Source: a virus
Taxonomy: Duplodnaviria > Heunggongvirae > Uroviricota > Caudoviricetes
Length of the DNA stretch: 16,323 nt
Virus record (IMG/VR): IMGVR_UViG_3300033121_000168
Coordinates: 64,001-80,323 of that record
Strand: one strand, 5' to 3'
Positions 1-6,768 of the stretch are shown here, one piece after another. The first letter of the stretch is position 1. The number at the start of each line of letters is the position of its first letter. Position numbers and translations under genes: made by a program. The notes under the pieces are model-generated. The model ran no database searches and was not told where the DNA came from. It saw only the letters and a list, made by a program, of their open reading frames with translations.

Positions 1-34
1 CAATAATCAAATCAGCATGTTTATGACGAGTCAT
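1..34 (-). CDS. Hypothetical phage protein, N-terminus only (runs off window)
   Basis: Minus strand AAGGAAATGT-ATG gives MTRHKHADLII; ATGA overlap with the stop of 31..219; resembles the KHA(D/E)LI start of a common small phage protein family (recalled, not searched). Confidence 0.5.
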   Translation of the reverse strand, partial: MTRHKHADLII

Positions 35-219
35 ACATTTCCTTTATAAATAAAATAAATACCTACAGCAATCCCAGTATACAAAATATATTGCAGCAAC
101 TTACCATAACTAAATTTCTTTTCTTGAATATCAAGAGCACAAGCATACTCACAAGTATTCTTAAAAGCAGAATAGCTACTAGAGTGAGTCTTCTTGAAAA
201 AGTAAATAGGTTCCATCAT
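31..219 (-). CDS. Small hypothetical protein with C-terminal transmembrane segment
   Basis: 62-aa ORF, ATGA-coupled to both neighbours; hydrophobic LLQYILYTGIAVGIYFIY followed by K. Confidence 0.7.
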   Translation of the reverse strand: MMEPIYFFKKTHSSSYSAFKNTCEYACALDIQEKKFSYGKLLQYILYTGIAVGIYFIYKGNV

Positions 220-596
220 TTTCCTTTAAGAGTAATAGGACAAAGAGTTTCAATTTTTTCAACTGCATCTTTATGAAAGACACATTGTACATTAGTAAAC
301 TTTATCATTGAATGGTTTTTAACTTTAAATTTTACAACCTCATAACCTAGATTGTACAAGTGTTTACGTTCTTTAGCATTGAACCAATATTTCAATTGTT
401 TCTTATTTCTAGTAGCACAAAAGAAACCATTTCTTGTTGGTAGACCATCTTGTCTTAGATCAGGATACTTCAAAGTATCGCAATGTCGTGAACTAAAGTT
501 AGTAAAATCGTCTGTTTCGGCAAATGGGCCTTGTTTTGTTGCTGGATGTTCCATTCGATATAGAACTCTTGGTGGAGAATATGTATACCTTTTCAT
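216..596 (-). CDS. Hypothetical phage protein, possibly ADP-ribosyltransferase-like fold
   Basis: ATG at 596 preferred over TTG at 608 because it sits 12 nt after the leader motif; LYRME..GPF, QLKYWF and QCVF motifs; function is inference. Confidence 0.7.
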   Translation of the reverse strand: MKRYTYSPPRVLYRMEHPATKQGPFAETDDFTNFSSRHCDTLKYPDLRQDGLPTRNGFFCATRNKKQLKYWFNAKERKHLYNLGYEVVKFKVKNHSMIKFTNVQCVFHKDAVEKIETLCPITLKGK

Positions 597-608
597 TTCT
601 TTAATCAA

Positions 609-654
609 AAAGTTAAGATGACAAGATCTTAGTGTTAAAAATTAATCCTGTCAA
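609..654 (-). promoter_or_regulatory. Sigma70 promoter plus CATCTTAACTTT leader
   Basis: TTGACA (654-649), 17 bp, TAAGAT (631-626), 5 nt, CATCTTAACTTT (620-609). Confidence 0.75.
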
Positions 655-829
655 TCGTTGTTGTATAAGAACAACAGTTCAAGTAATTTTGATAATTCTT
701 TGTAGAAGTCTGAAGGCAGAACATTAGAACTGCCAAAACTGAAAGGATTACAAGAATGTTCAGCTTCTTGATCTTACAATCTTTCTCTTCATGATATGTG
801 CTTCCACAGTACTTACATTTCATATGCAT
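635..829 (-). CDS. CCHC zinc-knuckle protein with hydrophobic helix
   Basis: CKYCGSTYHEEKDC = CX2CX4HX4C; LNILVILSVLAVLMFCL hydrophobic; AAGGA RBS upstream on minus strand. Confidence 0.7.
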   Translation of the reverse strand: MHMKCKYCGSTYHEEKDCKIKKLNILVILSVLAVLMFCLQTSTKNYQNYLNCCSYTTTIDRINF

Positions 830-849
830 AACTTAATCCTTATATAAAT

Positions 850-871
850 AAGATTGGAGGAAGATTGGAGG
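850..871. repeat. Perfect 11-bp tandem duplication
   Basis: AAGATTGGAGG AAGATTGGAGG. Confidence 0.85.
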
Positions 872-917
872 TGAGTTGTCGGTCAGTTCCCGTCAGCCCC
901 GTAACCCCGCAGACTCA

Positions 918-945
918 ATTGTATGCGTAAAAATTTTTCTGTCAA
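918..945 (-). promoter_or_regulatory. Leftward sigma70 promoter
   Basis: Minus-strand TTGACA (945-940), 16 bp, TACAAT (923-918). Confidence 0.65.
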
Positions 946-949
946 CCCC

Positions 950-977
950 TTGACTTCTTTGTTGACAATGCTATGAT
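950..977 (+). promoter_or_regulatory. Rightward sigma70 promoter with extended -10
   Basis: TTGACT (950-955), 16 bp, TATGAT (972-977) preceded by TGn. Confidence 0.7.
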
Positions 978-1006
978 TGCACAACTTTGAACTTTTAGGA
1001 GGACTT

Positions 1007-1786
1007 ATGACACAACAAACAACACAGCCAGCCCAGGCCCAGCAGTCCGACCCACACTATGTGCTCGTCGGCAGCGCAGCCCTGCAACTTGTAAGAAACG
1101 CGTTACGCAATGACGTTGATCGCGGACTGACTGTGCGCGGTGAAATCTTGGCCGAACTTGATAAGGCGACCAGCGATGCGACAGCCCAGGCCGCGCAGGG
1201 TGAGCCGGTGGTGCCGCCAGAACTGGACGTGCGCAGGATCCTGCTGGACATCGTGCCGGGTGACGGCGATGGTTTCGAGGTCTACGCAAAGACCATCGAT
1301 GACGTTGTAGCTAAAATTGAAACACTTCCTCGCATGCTTACAGTTGAAGGTAGAAATAAAGTACATGTTGTTCATGCAGAATTGAATGTAGGTTTGATTG
1401 ACCATCAAATCACTGATGCTGATATTGAAGATCCTGATATTCTTAGGAAAATGCTTACATTGTCTTCTCTTGACGGTGATTTTAGTTTTTGGGGTCGTGC
1501 TGTATTTGGTGAATTCTATGGACATCCAATGCCTTCGTATGATATGCTAAACCAGAAGGGGATTGATCGCCTTGCAAAGTTTTCTCATCCTAATCTTAGC
1601 CTGATTATTTCAGGACACACAATCATGGACAAACCACTTTGCTTTGGTAATCTATTGAACATTGATACTGGTGCATATAAAGGTTCATTGTCTGGATATT
1701 GTATTCAAACAAATACTGTGTTTACATTGAACAAAGATGCTTCAGACTTTGTGTATGAAGTAAATGAAATTAACCTAAATGATTAA
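1007..1786 (+). CDS. Chimeric protein: GC-rich N-terminal module fused to C-terminal half of a PrpA/ApaH-like metallophosphoesterase
   Basis: AGGAGG RBS then ATG 1007; C-half has VVHA, FWGR, ISGHT, NIDTGA, GSL motifs; N-terminal DxH, GDxxDRG and GNHE motifs absent; GC drops near 1305. Confidence 0.75.
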   Translation: MTQQTTQPAQAQQSDPHYVLVGSAALQLVRNALRNDVDRGLTVRGEILAELDKATSDATAQAAQGEPVVPPELDVRRILLDIVPGDGDGFEVYAKTIDDVVAKIETLPRMLTVEGRNKVHVVHAELNVGLIDHQITDADIEDPDILRKMLTLSSLDGDFSFWGRAVFGEFYGHPMPSYDMLNQKGIDRLAKFSHPNLSLIISGHTIMDKPLCFGNLLNIDTGAYKGSLSGYCIQTNTVFTLNKDASDFVYEVNEINLND

Positions 1787-1796
1787 AGGAAATAAA

Positions 1797-2111
1797 ATGA
1801 CACAACAAGTACCTGCTATTCTGAAAAGCAAAAAGAAGATTAAGATCCAAGAAGTTAAACCTAGCTTTACTCATGCTGAAATTCAGCGGATTCACTCCTT
1901 TATGCGAAAAAATCTGCGAGATTTGAACTTCTTTATTCGTATTGCAAAGGGTGAAATCACTGAAGCATGGGATTGTGCTATTCCTGGTACAATTGAAGGT
2001 GAAATTGCTTATGAACGATTGAACGGTCTTCGTGAAGCTTTGCGCAGTATGAAAACGGAAGAACAAAATATGATCCAGATCCAGCGTAAGCTGAAAAAGA
2101 TGATGTCCTAA
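1797..2111 (+). CDS. Hypothetical protein
   Basis: AAAGGA RBS, ATG 1797, phage-like codon usage, helical C-terminus. Confidence 0.75.
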   Translation: MTQQVPAILKSKKKIKIQEVKPSFTHAEIQRIHSFMRKNLRDLNFFIRIAKGEITEAWDCAIPGTIEGEIAYERLNGLREALRSMKTEEQNMIQIQRKLKKMMS

Positions 2112-2112
2112 A

Positions 2113-2313
2113 ATGAAAGACAAACAAGGTAAAGTTCTTGAACTAAAAGATAATGTCAAGTTCTGTACCAAGTTTGGAGAGATTGTCGGATTTATACAAC
2201 ATATTTCCGACAATCTTGCTAAGGTTTGTTTACAAGTCCCTGGCTTTGGAAGTTATACTTGGAATAAATCAAGTAAAGAACTTGAGAAGATTACCGAATG
2301 GTCTAAAGTTTAG
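2113..2313 (+). CDS. Small hypothetical protein (SH3/KOW-like pattern)
   Basis: 66-aa ORF abutting the previous stop; MKDKQGKVLELKDNV pattern. Confidence 0.7.
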   Translation: MKDKQGKVLELKDNVKFCTKFGEIVGFIQHISDNLAKVCLQVPGFGSYTWNKSSKELEKITEWSKV

Positions 2314-2318
2314 GAGTA

Positions 2319-2729
2319 ATGATGGCTGGAATTGAAAAGATTTGTGAGTTTTCAGGAGAATATCCCGGATGGTCAATGTATGGTTACAAACGTAATCATA
2401 TTCAAATTTGTCCAAAATATCGAAAATTATTTCGTGGTGCAAAAGCTCATATCGAAATCAATGAAGTAGAACCAATGATTGTTTTCAAATCTGGAGGTTG
2501 TGCATCATATGATCCTGAATCTATTGAATTTTGGGATTATTACAAACACAAATACTCTATTAAGAATCAATATTTTTTCACTTTGAAAGTTGAAGATAAA
2601 ACTTTATACGGAAATGTAAATGGAGAATATTATAATTGGACATTTGATTTGAAAGATACAGTAAAACGTCTAAAGAGAATGCTTCGGTGTCGAAATCTTA
2701 AAGTAATTGATAAAACAGAAAAGGAATAA
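2319..2729 (+). CDS. Conserved-looking phage hypothetical protein
   Basis: GGAG RBS; GIEKICEFSGEYPGWSMYGYKRNHIQI recalled from lytic phage proteins. Confidence 0.8.
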   Translation: MMAGIEKICEFSGEYPGWSMYGYKRNHIQICPKYRKLFRGAKAHIEINEVEPMIVFKSGGCASYDPESIEFWDYYKHKYSIKNQYFFTLKVEDKTLYGNVNGEYYNWTFDLKDTVKRLKRMLRCRNLKVIDKTEKE

Positions 2730-2731
2730 TC

Positions 2732-2950
2732 ATGCAAGTATCAGAAGTTAAAAAGTTGAAGGTTGGAGATAAAATAAAATATAAGAACCCTGAGCCAGAA
2801 CTAGGTATATGTAATTTTGGTATTGGAACTGTTAAATATTTATCTATAAACACAGACCATGTTTTTGTTGAAACAGATAATCCTTTACTTAGGGGTTGGT
2901 ATCATGATTATAATTTGGAGGTTGTAAATGAAAGTCAAGGAACTGATTGA
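2732..2950 (+). CDS. Small hypothetical protein (KOW/SH3-like)
   Basis: 72-aa ORF in tight gene run; LKVGDKIKY pattern. Confidence 0.7.
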   Translation: MQVSEVKKLKVGDKIKYKNPEPELGICNFGIGTVKYLSINTDHVFVETDNPLLRGWYHDYNLEVVNESQGTD

Positions 2951-3143
2951 AAAACTTCAGACTATGAATCCTGAAGCTAAAGTTGTAAAGAGTATTGATT
3001 TTGAATATGTAGAAATTGACACGGTATCTGAAATCTCCTTGTGGACAATTGAATATCAAGAAGAATATGGTGTTGAAACAGTTTGGGAAGATTGTGAACC
3101 ATCGTATGAGGGTGCTTTTCCTGCTGTATATCTTGGTATTTAA
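2928..3143 (+). CDS. Small acidic hypothetical protein
   Basis: GGAGG RBS; MKVKELIEKLQTMNPEAKV start typical of small phage proteins. Confidence 0.75.
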   Translation: MKVKELIEKLQTMNPEAKVVKSIDFEYVEIDTVSEISLWTIEYQEEYGVETVWEDCEPSYEGAFPAVYLGI

Positions 3144-3490
3144 TGTCCAAAGTAAAATATATTCTAATAGCCAAAGCTTATGACCGAAAAGGAAGACTTC
3201 TTTCTATAGGTCATAATCAATACAATAAATCTCATCCTTTGCAGAAAGCTTATGCTGAACGAGTTAATCTTGAATGCAAGGACAAGCTTCATGCTGAAAT
3301 TCAATGTTTGGTTAGATGTGGTGACAAACCTATATATCGATTAACTGTTGAAAGATATCTAAAAGATTCAAGTATGGCAATGGCTAAACCTTGTCTTATT
3401 TGTCAAGAAGCTATTAAAGATTTTGGAGTTAAGATTGTTGAGTATACGACATCTCAAGGTTGGGTAAAGGAAATGAACAATGGCAAATAA
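3143..3490 (+). CDS. Cytidine/deoxycytidylate deaminase-like zinc protein
   Basis: HAE and PCLIC zinc-deaminase motifs; TAATG coupling. Confidence 0.85.
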   Translation: MSKVKYILIAKAYDRKGRLLSIGHNQYNKSHPLQKAYAERVNLECKDKLHAEIQCLVRCGDKPIYRLTVERYLKDSSMAMAKPCLICQEAIKDFGVKIVEYTTSQGWVKEMNNGK

Positions 3491-3923
3491 GGAATCCTTA
3501 GATTTAGTTTATATGCAGACTGCTTTATTGCATGCTGGATTATCATATGCTAAACGTACTAAAGTTGGTGCTTGTTTAGTTACTCGCACTGGAATCATTG
3601 TCCCTGGAGTAAATGGTCTTCCAAAAGAACTTGGAAATGAACTTGAGTTTCAAGAATATAATTTCAATTCTAGGGATATAGTATATATAACAAAACCAGA
3701 AGTAGTGCATGCTGAACAAGCTTGTTTGAATAAAAGTGCAAGAGAAGGTGTAGCAGTAGAAGGTAGCACCCTTTACACAACTCTTTCGCCATGTGCTCAA
3801 TGTGCAAGTAACATGATCTGGCTTAAGGTTCAAAGAGTTGTCTTCTTACAACAGTATAGAGATGTAAGAGGTCTTGACTTGTTGAAGCAAGCTGGTATCA
3901 TAGTGTCTAAGTTGGAAGTTTAA
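3480..3923 (+). CDS. cd: dCMP deaminase
   Basis: KVGACLV, GVNG, VVHAEQ, LYTTLSPCAQCA, VVFLQQY motifs of the dCMP deaminase/ComEB family. Confidence 0.9.
   Translation: MANKESLDLVYMQTALLHAGLSYAKRTKVGACLVTRTGIIVPGVNGLPKELGNELEFQEYNFNSRDIVYITKPEVVHAEQACLNKSAREGVAVEGSTLYTTLSPCAQCASNMIWLKVQRVVFLQQYRDVRGLDLLKQAGIIVSKLEV
3874..3901 (+). promoter_or_regulatory. Candidate sigma70 promoter in last codons of dCMP deaminase
   Basis: TTGACT, 16 bp, TATCAT. Confidence 0.45.
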
Positions 3924-3933
3924 GGAGAATGAA

Positions 3934-4035
3934 ATGTGTAAAGAGTATCATGGCGTTGATTATTCTGGAGGATCTGATGGTAAGGAGTGGATTGATTGTC
4001 CACAATGTAGTCATGAAGTAATTTTGAAAGCATGA
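3934..4035 (+). CDS. 33-aa mini-ORF, possible gene remnant
   Basis: AAGGAG RBS; MCKEYHGVDYSGGSDGKEWIDCPQCSHEVILKA; below ORF-track threshold. Confidence 0.5.
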   Translation: MCKEYHGVDYSGGSDGKEWIDCPQCSHEVILKA

Positions 4036-4039
4036 TAAT

Positions 4040-4246
4040 ATGAAACGAATTGGTCAAGTTGAATTTAGTCGCCATAAGGTTATCCTAATGGAATATGAAC
4101 GAGGTTGGGGTTCTAAAGTTGATGAAGTAATTTATTTTGAGAATGAATTCTATGCAAAGACTTTTGTCAGGGATTTCAACTCAGAAAATGATAAAGATTC
4201 AGTTCCAGATTGGTATATGACTGCAGAATATCAATTTATTGGTTAA
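4040..4246 (+). CDS. Small conserved-looking phage protein
   Basis: 68-aa ORF; EYERGWGSK and PDWY motifs. Confidence 0.75.
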   Translation: MKRIGQVEFSRHKVILMEYERGWGSKVDEVIYFENEFYAKTFVRDFNSENDKDSVPDWYMTAEYQFIG

Positions 4247-4260
4247 TAGAAAGAAATAAC

Positions 4261-4830
4261 ATGAAAAGATATTTCACATCAGACTTACATTTCTTTCACA
4301 AGAACATTTGTAAGTTTACTGATCGTAAATTGGTTACTTCTCAAGAAGATCATGAACAATGGCTATTTGACATTTGGAATTCGCAAATAGAGAATGAAGA
4401 CCTTGTTTACATTCTTGGTGATATTTCATTTGGTAAATATGATCAGACTAAATGGCTTTTGGCTAGACTCAAAGGTCAAAAGATTGTAATCAAAGGTAAT
4501 CATGATAATGAACAACATTTGAATCGTCTTAAGCACGAAGGTATTATTCTTAGTTGGAAACTTTATGATGAAGTTGAAATCCAAGGTACCAAAGCTTGTT
4601 TGATGCATTATCCCATTGCTTCTTGGAATCGCCAGCATTACGGTAGTTATATGCTGCATGGTCATAGTCATGGAATGTATCAAGGATCTGGAAAAATTCT
4701 TGACGTTGGGATTGATTCGTCTTACAATGTGTTTGGAGAGCATAAGCTTTTCAGTGAAAACGATATTGTAGCTTTCATGCAACAGAAAGAAATTTACATT
4801 GCAGACTCACATAGAAAAGAAGTACAATAG
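4261..4830 (+). CDS. Calcineurin-like metallophosphoesterase
   Basis: Complete motif set SDLHFFH, LGD, GNHD, HYP, HGHSH, DVGID; ATG at 4261. Confidence 0.92.
   Translation: MKRYFTSDLHFFHKNICKFTDRKLVTSQEDHEQWLFDIWNSQIENEDLVYILGDISFGKYDQTKWLLARLKGQKIVIKGNHDNEQHLNRLKHEGIILSWKLYDEVEIQGTKACLMHYPIASWNRQHYGSYMLHGHSHGMYQGSGKILDVGIDSSYNVFGEHKLFSENDIVAFMQQKEIYIADSHRKEVQ
4799..4828 (+). promoter_or_regulatory. Candidate sigma70 promoter
   Basis: TTGCAG, 18 bp, TACAAT, then 5 nt and CATC as at the other promoters; weak -35. Confidence 0.4.
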
Positions 4831-4860
4831 ACTCATCAAACAAGTTAACGAAAGGTAAAT

Positions 4861-5229
4861 ATGCAACATAAGTTTAAAATTGGTGATTGTGTTAGAGTAT
4901 GGAGTATTCCTGGGTTAGATATACATAAGTATTTTATGCCTGGAACTATCTTCAAAATCAAATACAAAGAGCCTGACTGTGATTTATATTCAGTTCATCA
5001 TGGGGTTCATTCTGATATAATTGGAGATTACTTTTTTACTTCGGAAGATTTTACAAGAGTAGAAGATGACCCTAAATCTAGTCATGCTTGGGGACTTGTT
5101 TATAAAGTAACTAAAGAACTATCAACAGTAAAGTTTTGGAGAACTCGTGCTGAGGCTAGAACTTTCAAGAAGTATTTTAATATTCACGATCAGAAAATTG
5201 TAAAGATTGACATTAAATATAAGGCTTGA
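4861..5229 (+). CDS. Hypothetical protein
   Basis: AAAGGT RBS; KFKIGDCVRV KOW-like start. Confidence 0.75.
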   Translation: MQHKFKIGDCVRVWSIPGLDIHKYFMPGTIFKIKYKEPDCDLYSVHHGVHSDIIGDYFFTSEDFTRVEDDPKSSHAWGLVYKVTKELSTVKFWRTRAEARTFKKYFNIHDQKIVKIDIKYKA

Positions 5230-5232
5230 AAA

Positions 5233-5547
5233 ATGTTACGTGCAATGAAAGAAGCCGGGAGAATTGCTCAAGGGCAATTGAAATTTTTCAATGAAATGCT
5301 AGAAAAGAGTAAAAAAAAAATGATTAACGAACACGATATCAAAGATTTTCCTAATTCACCTTATGCAGATCCTGTTCCTTTGTATAAGTTAAGTAACGGA
5401 AGTTATTTTACTTTTCCTGGTAGTTATAAAGTTTACTATTATGAAAAGCCTGATGGAATGTATTCAATTTGTTATGATGAGTTTAAAACTCTGTATCATT
5501 TTGCAGTGTTCTCTGAAGTAATTGAAGTTAAGGATTATAATGACTGA
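5233..5547 (+). CDS. Hypothetical protein (alternative start ATG 5320)
   Basis: 104-aa ORF containing an A10 run at 5311-5320. Confidence 0.65.
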   Translation: MLRAMKEAGRIAQGQLKFFNEMLEKSKKKMINEHDIKDFPNSPYADPVPLYKLSNGSYFTFPGSYKVYYYEKPDGMYSICYDEFKTLYHFAVFSEVIEVKDYND

Positions 5548-5752
5548 ATTTAAAGAAGATTTTGAAGAGTTGGTTAGTGAAGAAGTTGATGGTTACGATA
5601 TCCGAAGGAGTCTAATTGATTATAAATTGCATAGTGTTTTTGCTGTAAACTATATGAATCAAATTTTGTATCCTGTAGTAATTGATGTAGACTTTGATTC
5701 TGCAGTAAATTATCAGGCTGCTTATATTAGTGAATTGCTAAAAGGATATTAA
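5540..5752 (+). CDS. Small acidic hypothetical protein
   Basis: AAGGA RBS, ATG 5540. Confidence 0.7.
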   Translation: MTEFKEDFEELVSEEVDGYDIRRSLIDYKLHSVFAVNYMNQILYPVVIDVDFDSAVNYQAAYISELLKGY

Positions 5753-5925
5753 TGTCTAATTATTATGTTTTCTCGGATGAAGCTGGTGGTTTTCAAAAGA
5801 CTCGTAAACCTAAACGATATGATTGGGATGAGAAACCAGTTAAAGATAAGAAAAAGAAAAAGGATTATACTTATCAACGTAAATCAAAACGTGGTGAACT
5901 TCTAGATCAAACTGATACTTATTGA
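5752..5925 (+). CDS. 57-aa basic hypothetical protein
   Basis: TAATG coupling, AAAGGA RBS; K/R-rich; fills gap not shown in ORF track. Confidence 0.65.
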   Translation: MSNYYVFSDEAGGFQKTRKPKRYDWDEKPVKDKKKKKDYTYQRKSKRGELLDQTDTY

Positions 5926-5936
5926 AAGGATTCAAA

Positions 5937-6326
5937 ATGAAAAAGCTTATTTCTGTGCTAATGATTGCTGTTGTATTGACAGCTTGTAGTAAGGTTGAAA
6001 CACCTCCAACTCCTGTTGCCCAAACACAACAATATCAACCTCAAATTCCTATTCAGCCCGCAGGTCAACCAACACAACAGGTTCAGCCGCAGGTACAATA
6101 TGCTCCACAACCTCAAGTTGTTAATGTGCAAGCACCTCCAGCACATCAAGATAATAGTATGCTGTGGGGAGCTACAGGTGCTCTAGCAGGTTATGCTCTT
6201 GGTCAACATACTGCAAATCAAAATAAATATCAAGAACAACCTCGTCCTGTAATTGTAAAGAAGTACTATAATTATAGTTCTAATCAAGGTAATCCTAATC
6301 GATTCTTTAATCGTAGGAAGAGGTGA
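5937..6326 (+). CDS. Lipoprotein with Q/P-rich linker
   Basis: MKK + hydrophobic stretch + LTAC lipobox; QP repeats; GATGALAGYALG glycine-rich helix; basic C-terminus. Confidence 0.85.
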   Translation: MKKLISVLMIAVVLTACSKVETPPTPVAQTQQYQPQIPIQPAGQPTQQVQPQVQYAPQPQVVNVQAPPAHQDNSMLWGATGALAGYALGQHTANQNKYQEQPRPVIVKKYYNYSSNQGNPNRFFNRRKR

Positions 6327-6330
6327 TGTA

Positions 6331-6768
6331 GTGAAAAGAGTCCAAGCTGAATATCCATTTGATGATTATTGGTTGTATGTTATTTTCCATAAGAAAGAAG
6401 GAAGATTTCAGGCCAATTTAATTTTAAAATCTGATTCCAAAGTTAGGACTACTCTTTCTTATGCTCGATATAAGATGTCAGTACATTTGGGTAGATTCCT
6501 GTCTCAAAATGAGCATGTGGATCATATCGACAATGATAAAACTAATGATAACATATCCAACCTACAAATTCTTTCTCCAGAAGAGAATAAACAAAAAGCA
6601 GAAAAGTTTTATCGTTTAAATAATAAAATGACACTGGAGTTGACTTGTCCTATTTGTAATTCAATCTTTCAATATCCGATTAAAAATTATAAATTCCATA
6701 TAAAGAATGGGAGAAAGAATTTTTATTGTTCTAGACCTTGCGTATGGGAAAGTTTAAAGTCTCTGTAG
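6331..6768 (+). CDS. HNH homing endonuclease with C-terminal zinc finger
   Basis: HVDHIDNDKTNDNISNLQIL; CPIC...CSRPC; GAGGTGA RBS, GTG start. Confidence 0.9.
   Translation: MKRVQAEYPFDDYWLYVIFHKKEGRFQANLILKSDSKVRTTLSYARYKMSVHLGRFLSQNEHVDHIDNDKTNDNISNLQILSPEENKQKAEKFYRLNNKMTLELTCPICNSIFQYPIKNYKFHIKNGRKNFYCSRPCVWESLKSL

Noticed and set aside
843-850. TATAAATA, the T4 late promoter consensus (also at 45-52)
   Set aside because: Likely by chance in AT-rich DNA; no late genes downstream and no other T4-like late signals
977-1006. TTG start for the 269-aa ORF
   Set aside because: Overlaps the -10 box; AGGAGG precedes ATG 1007
1005-1525. Minus-strand ORFs over the GC-rich insert
   Set aside because: Open frames expected from high GC and antisense shadowing; no RBS or recognisable motifs
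6732-6760. TAGACC-17-TAAAGT as a tRNA-Ile promoter
   Set aside because: The -10 overlaps the tRNA start, so transcription would begin inside the tRNA
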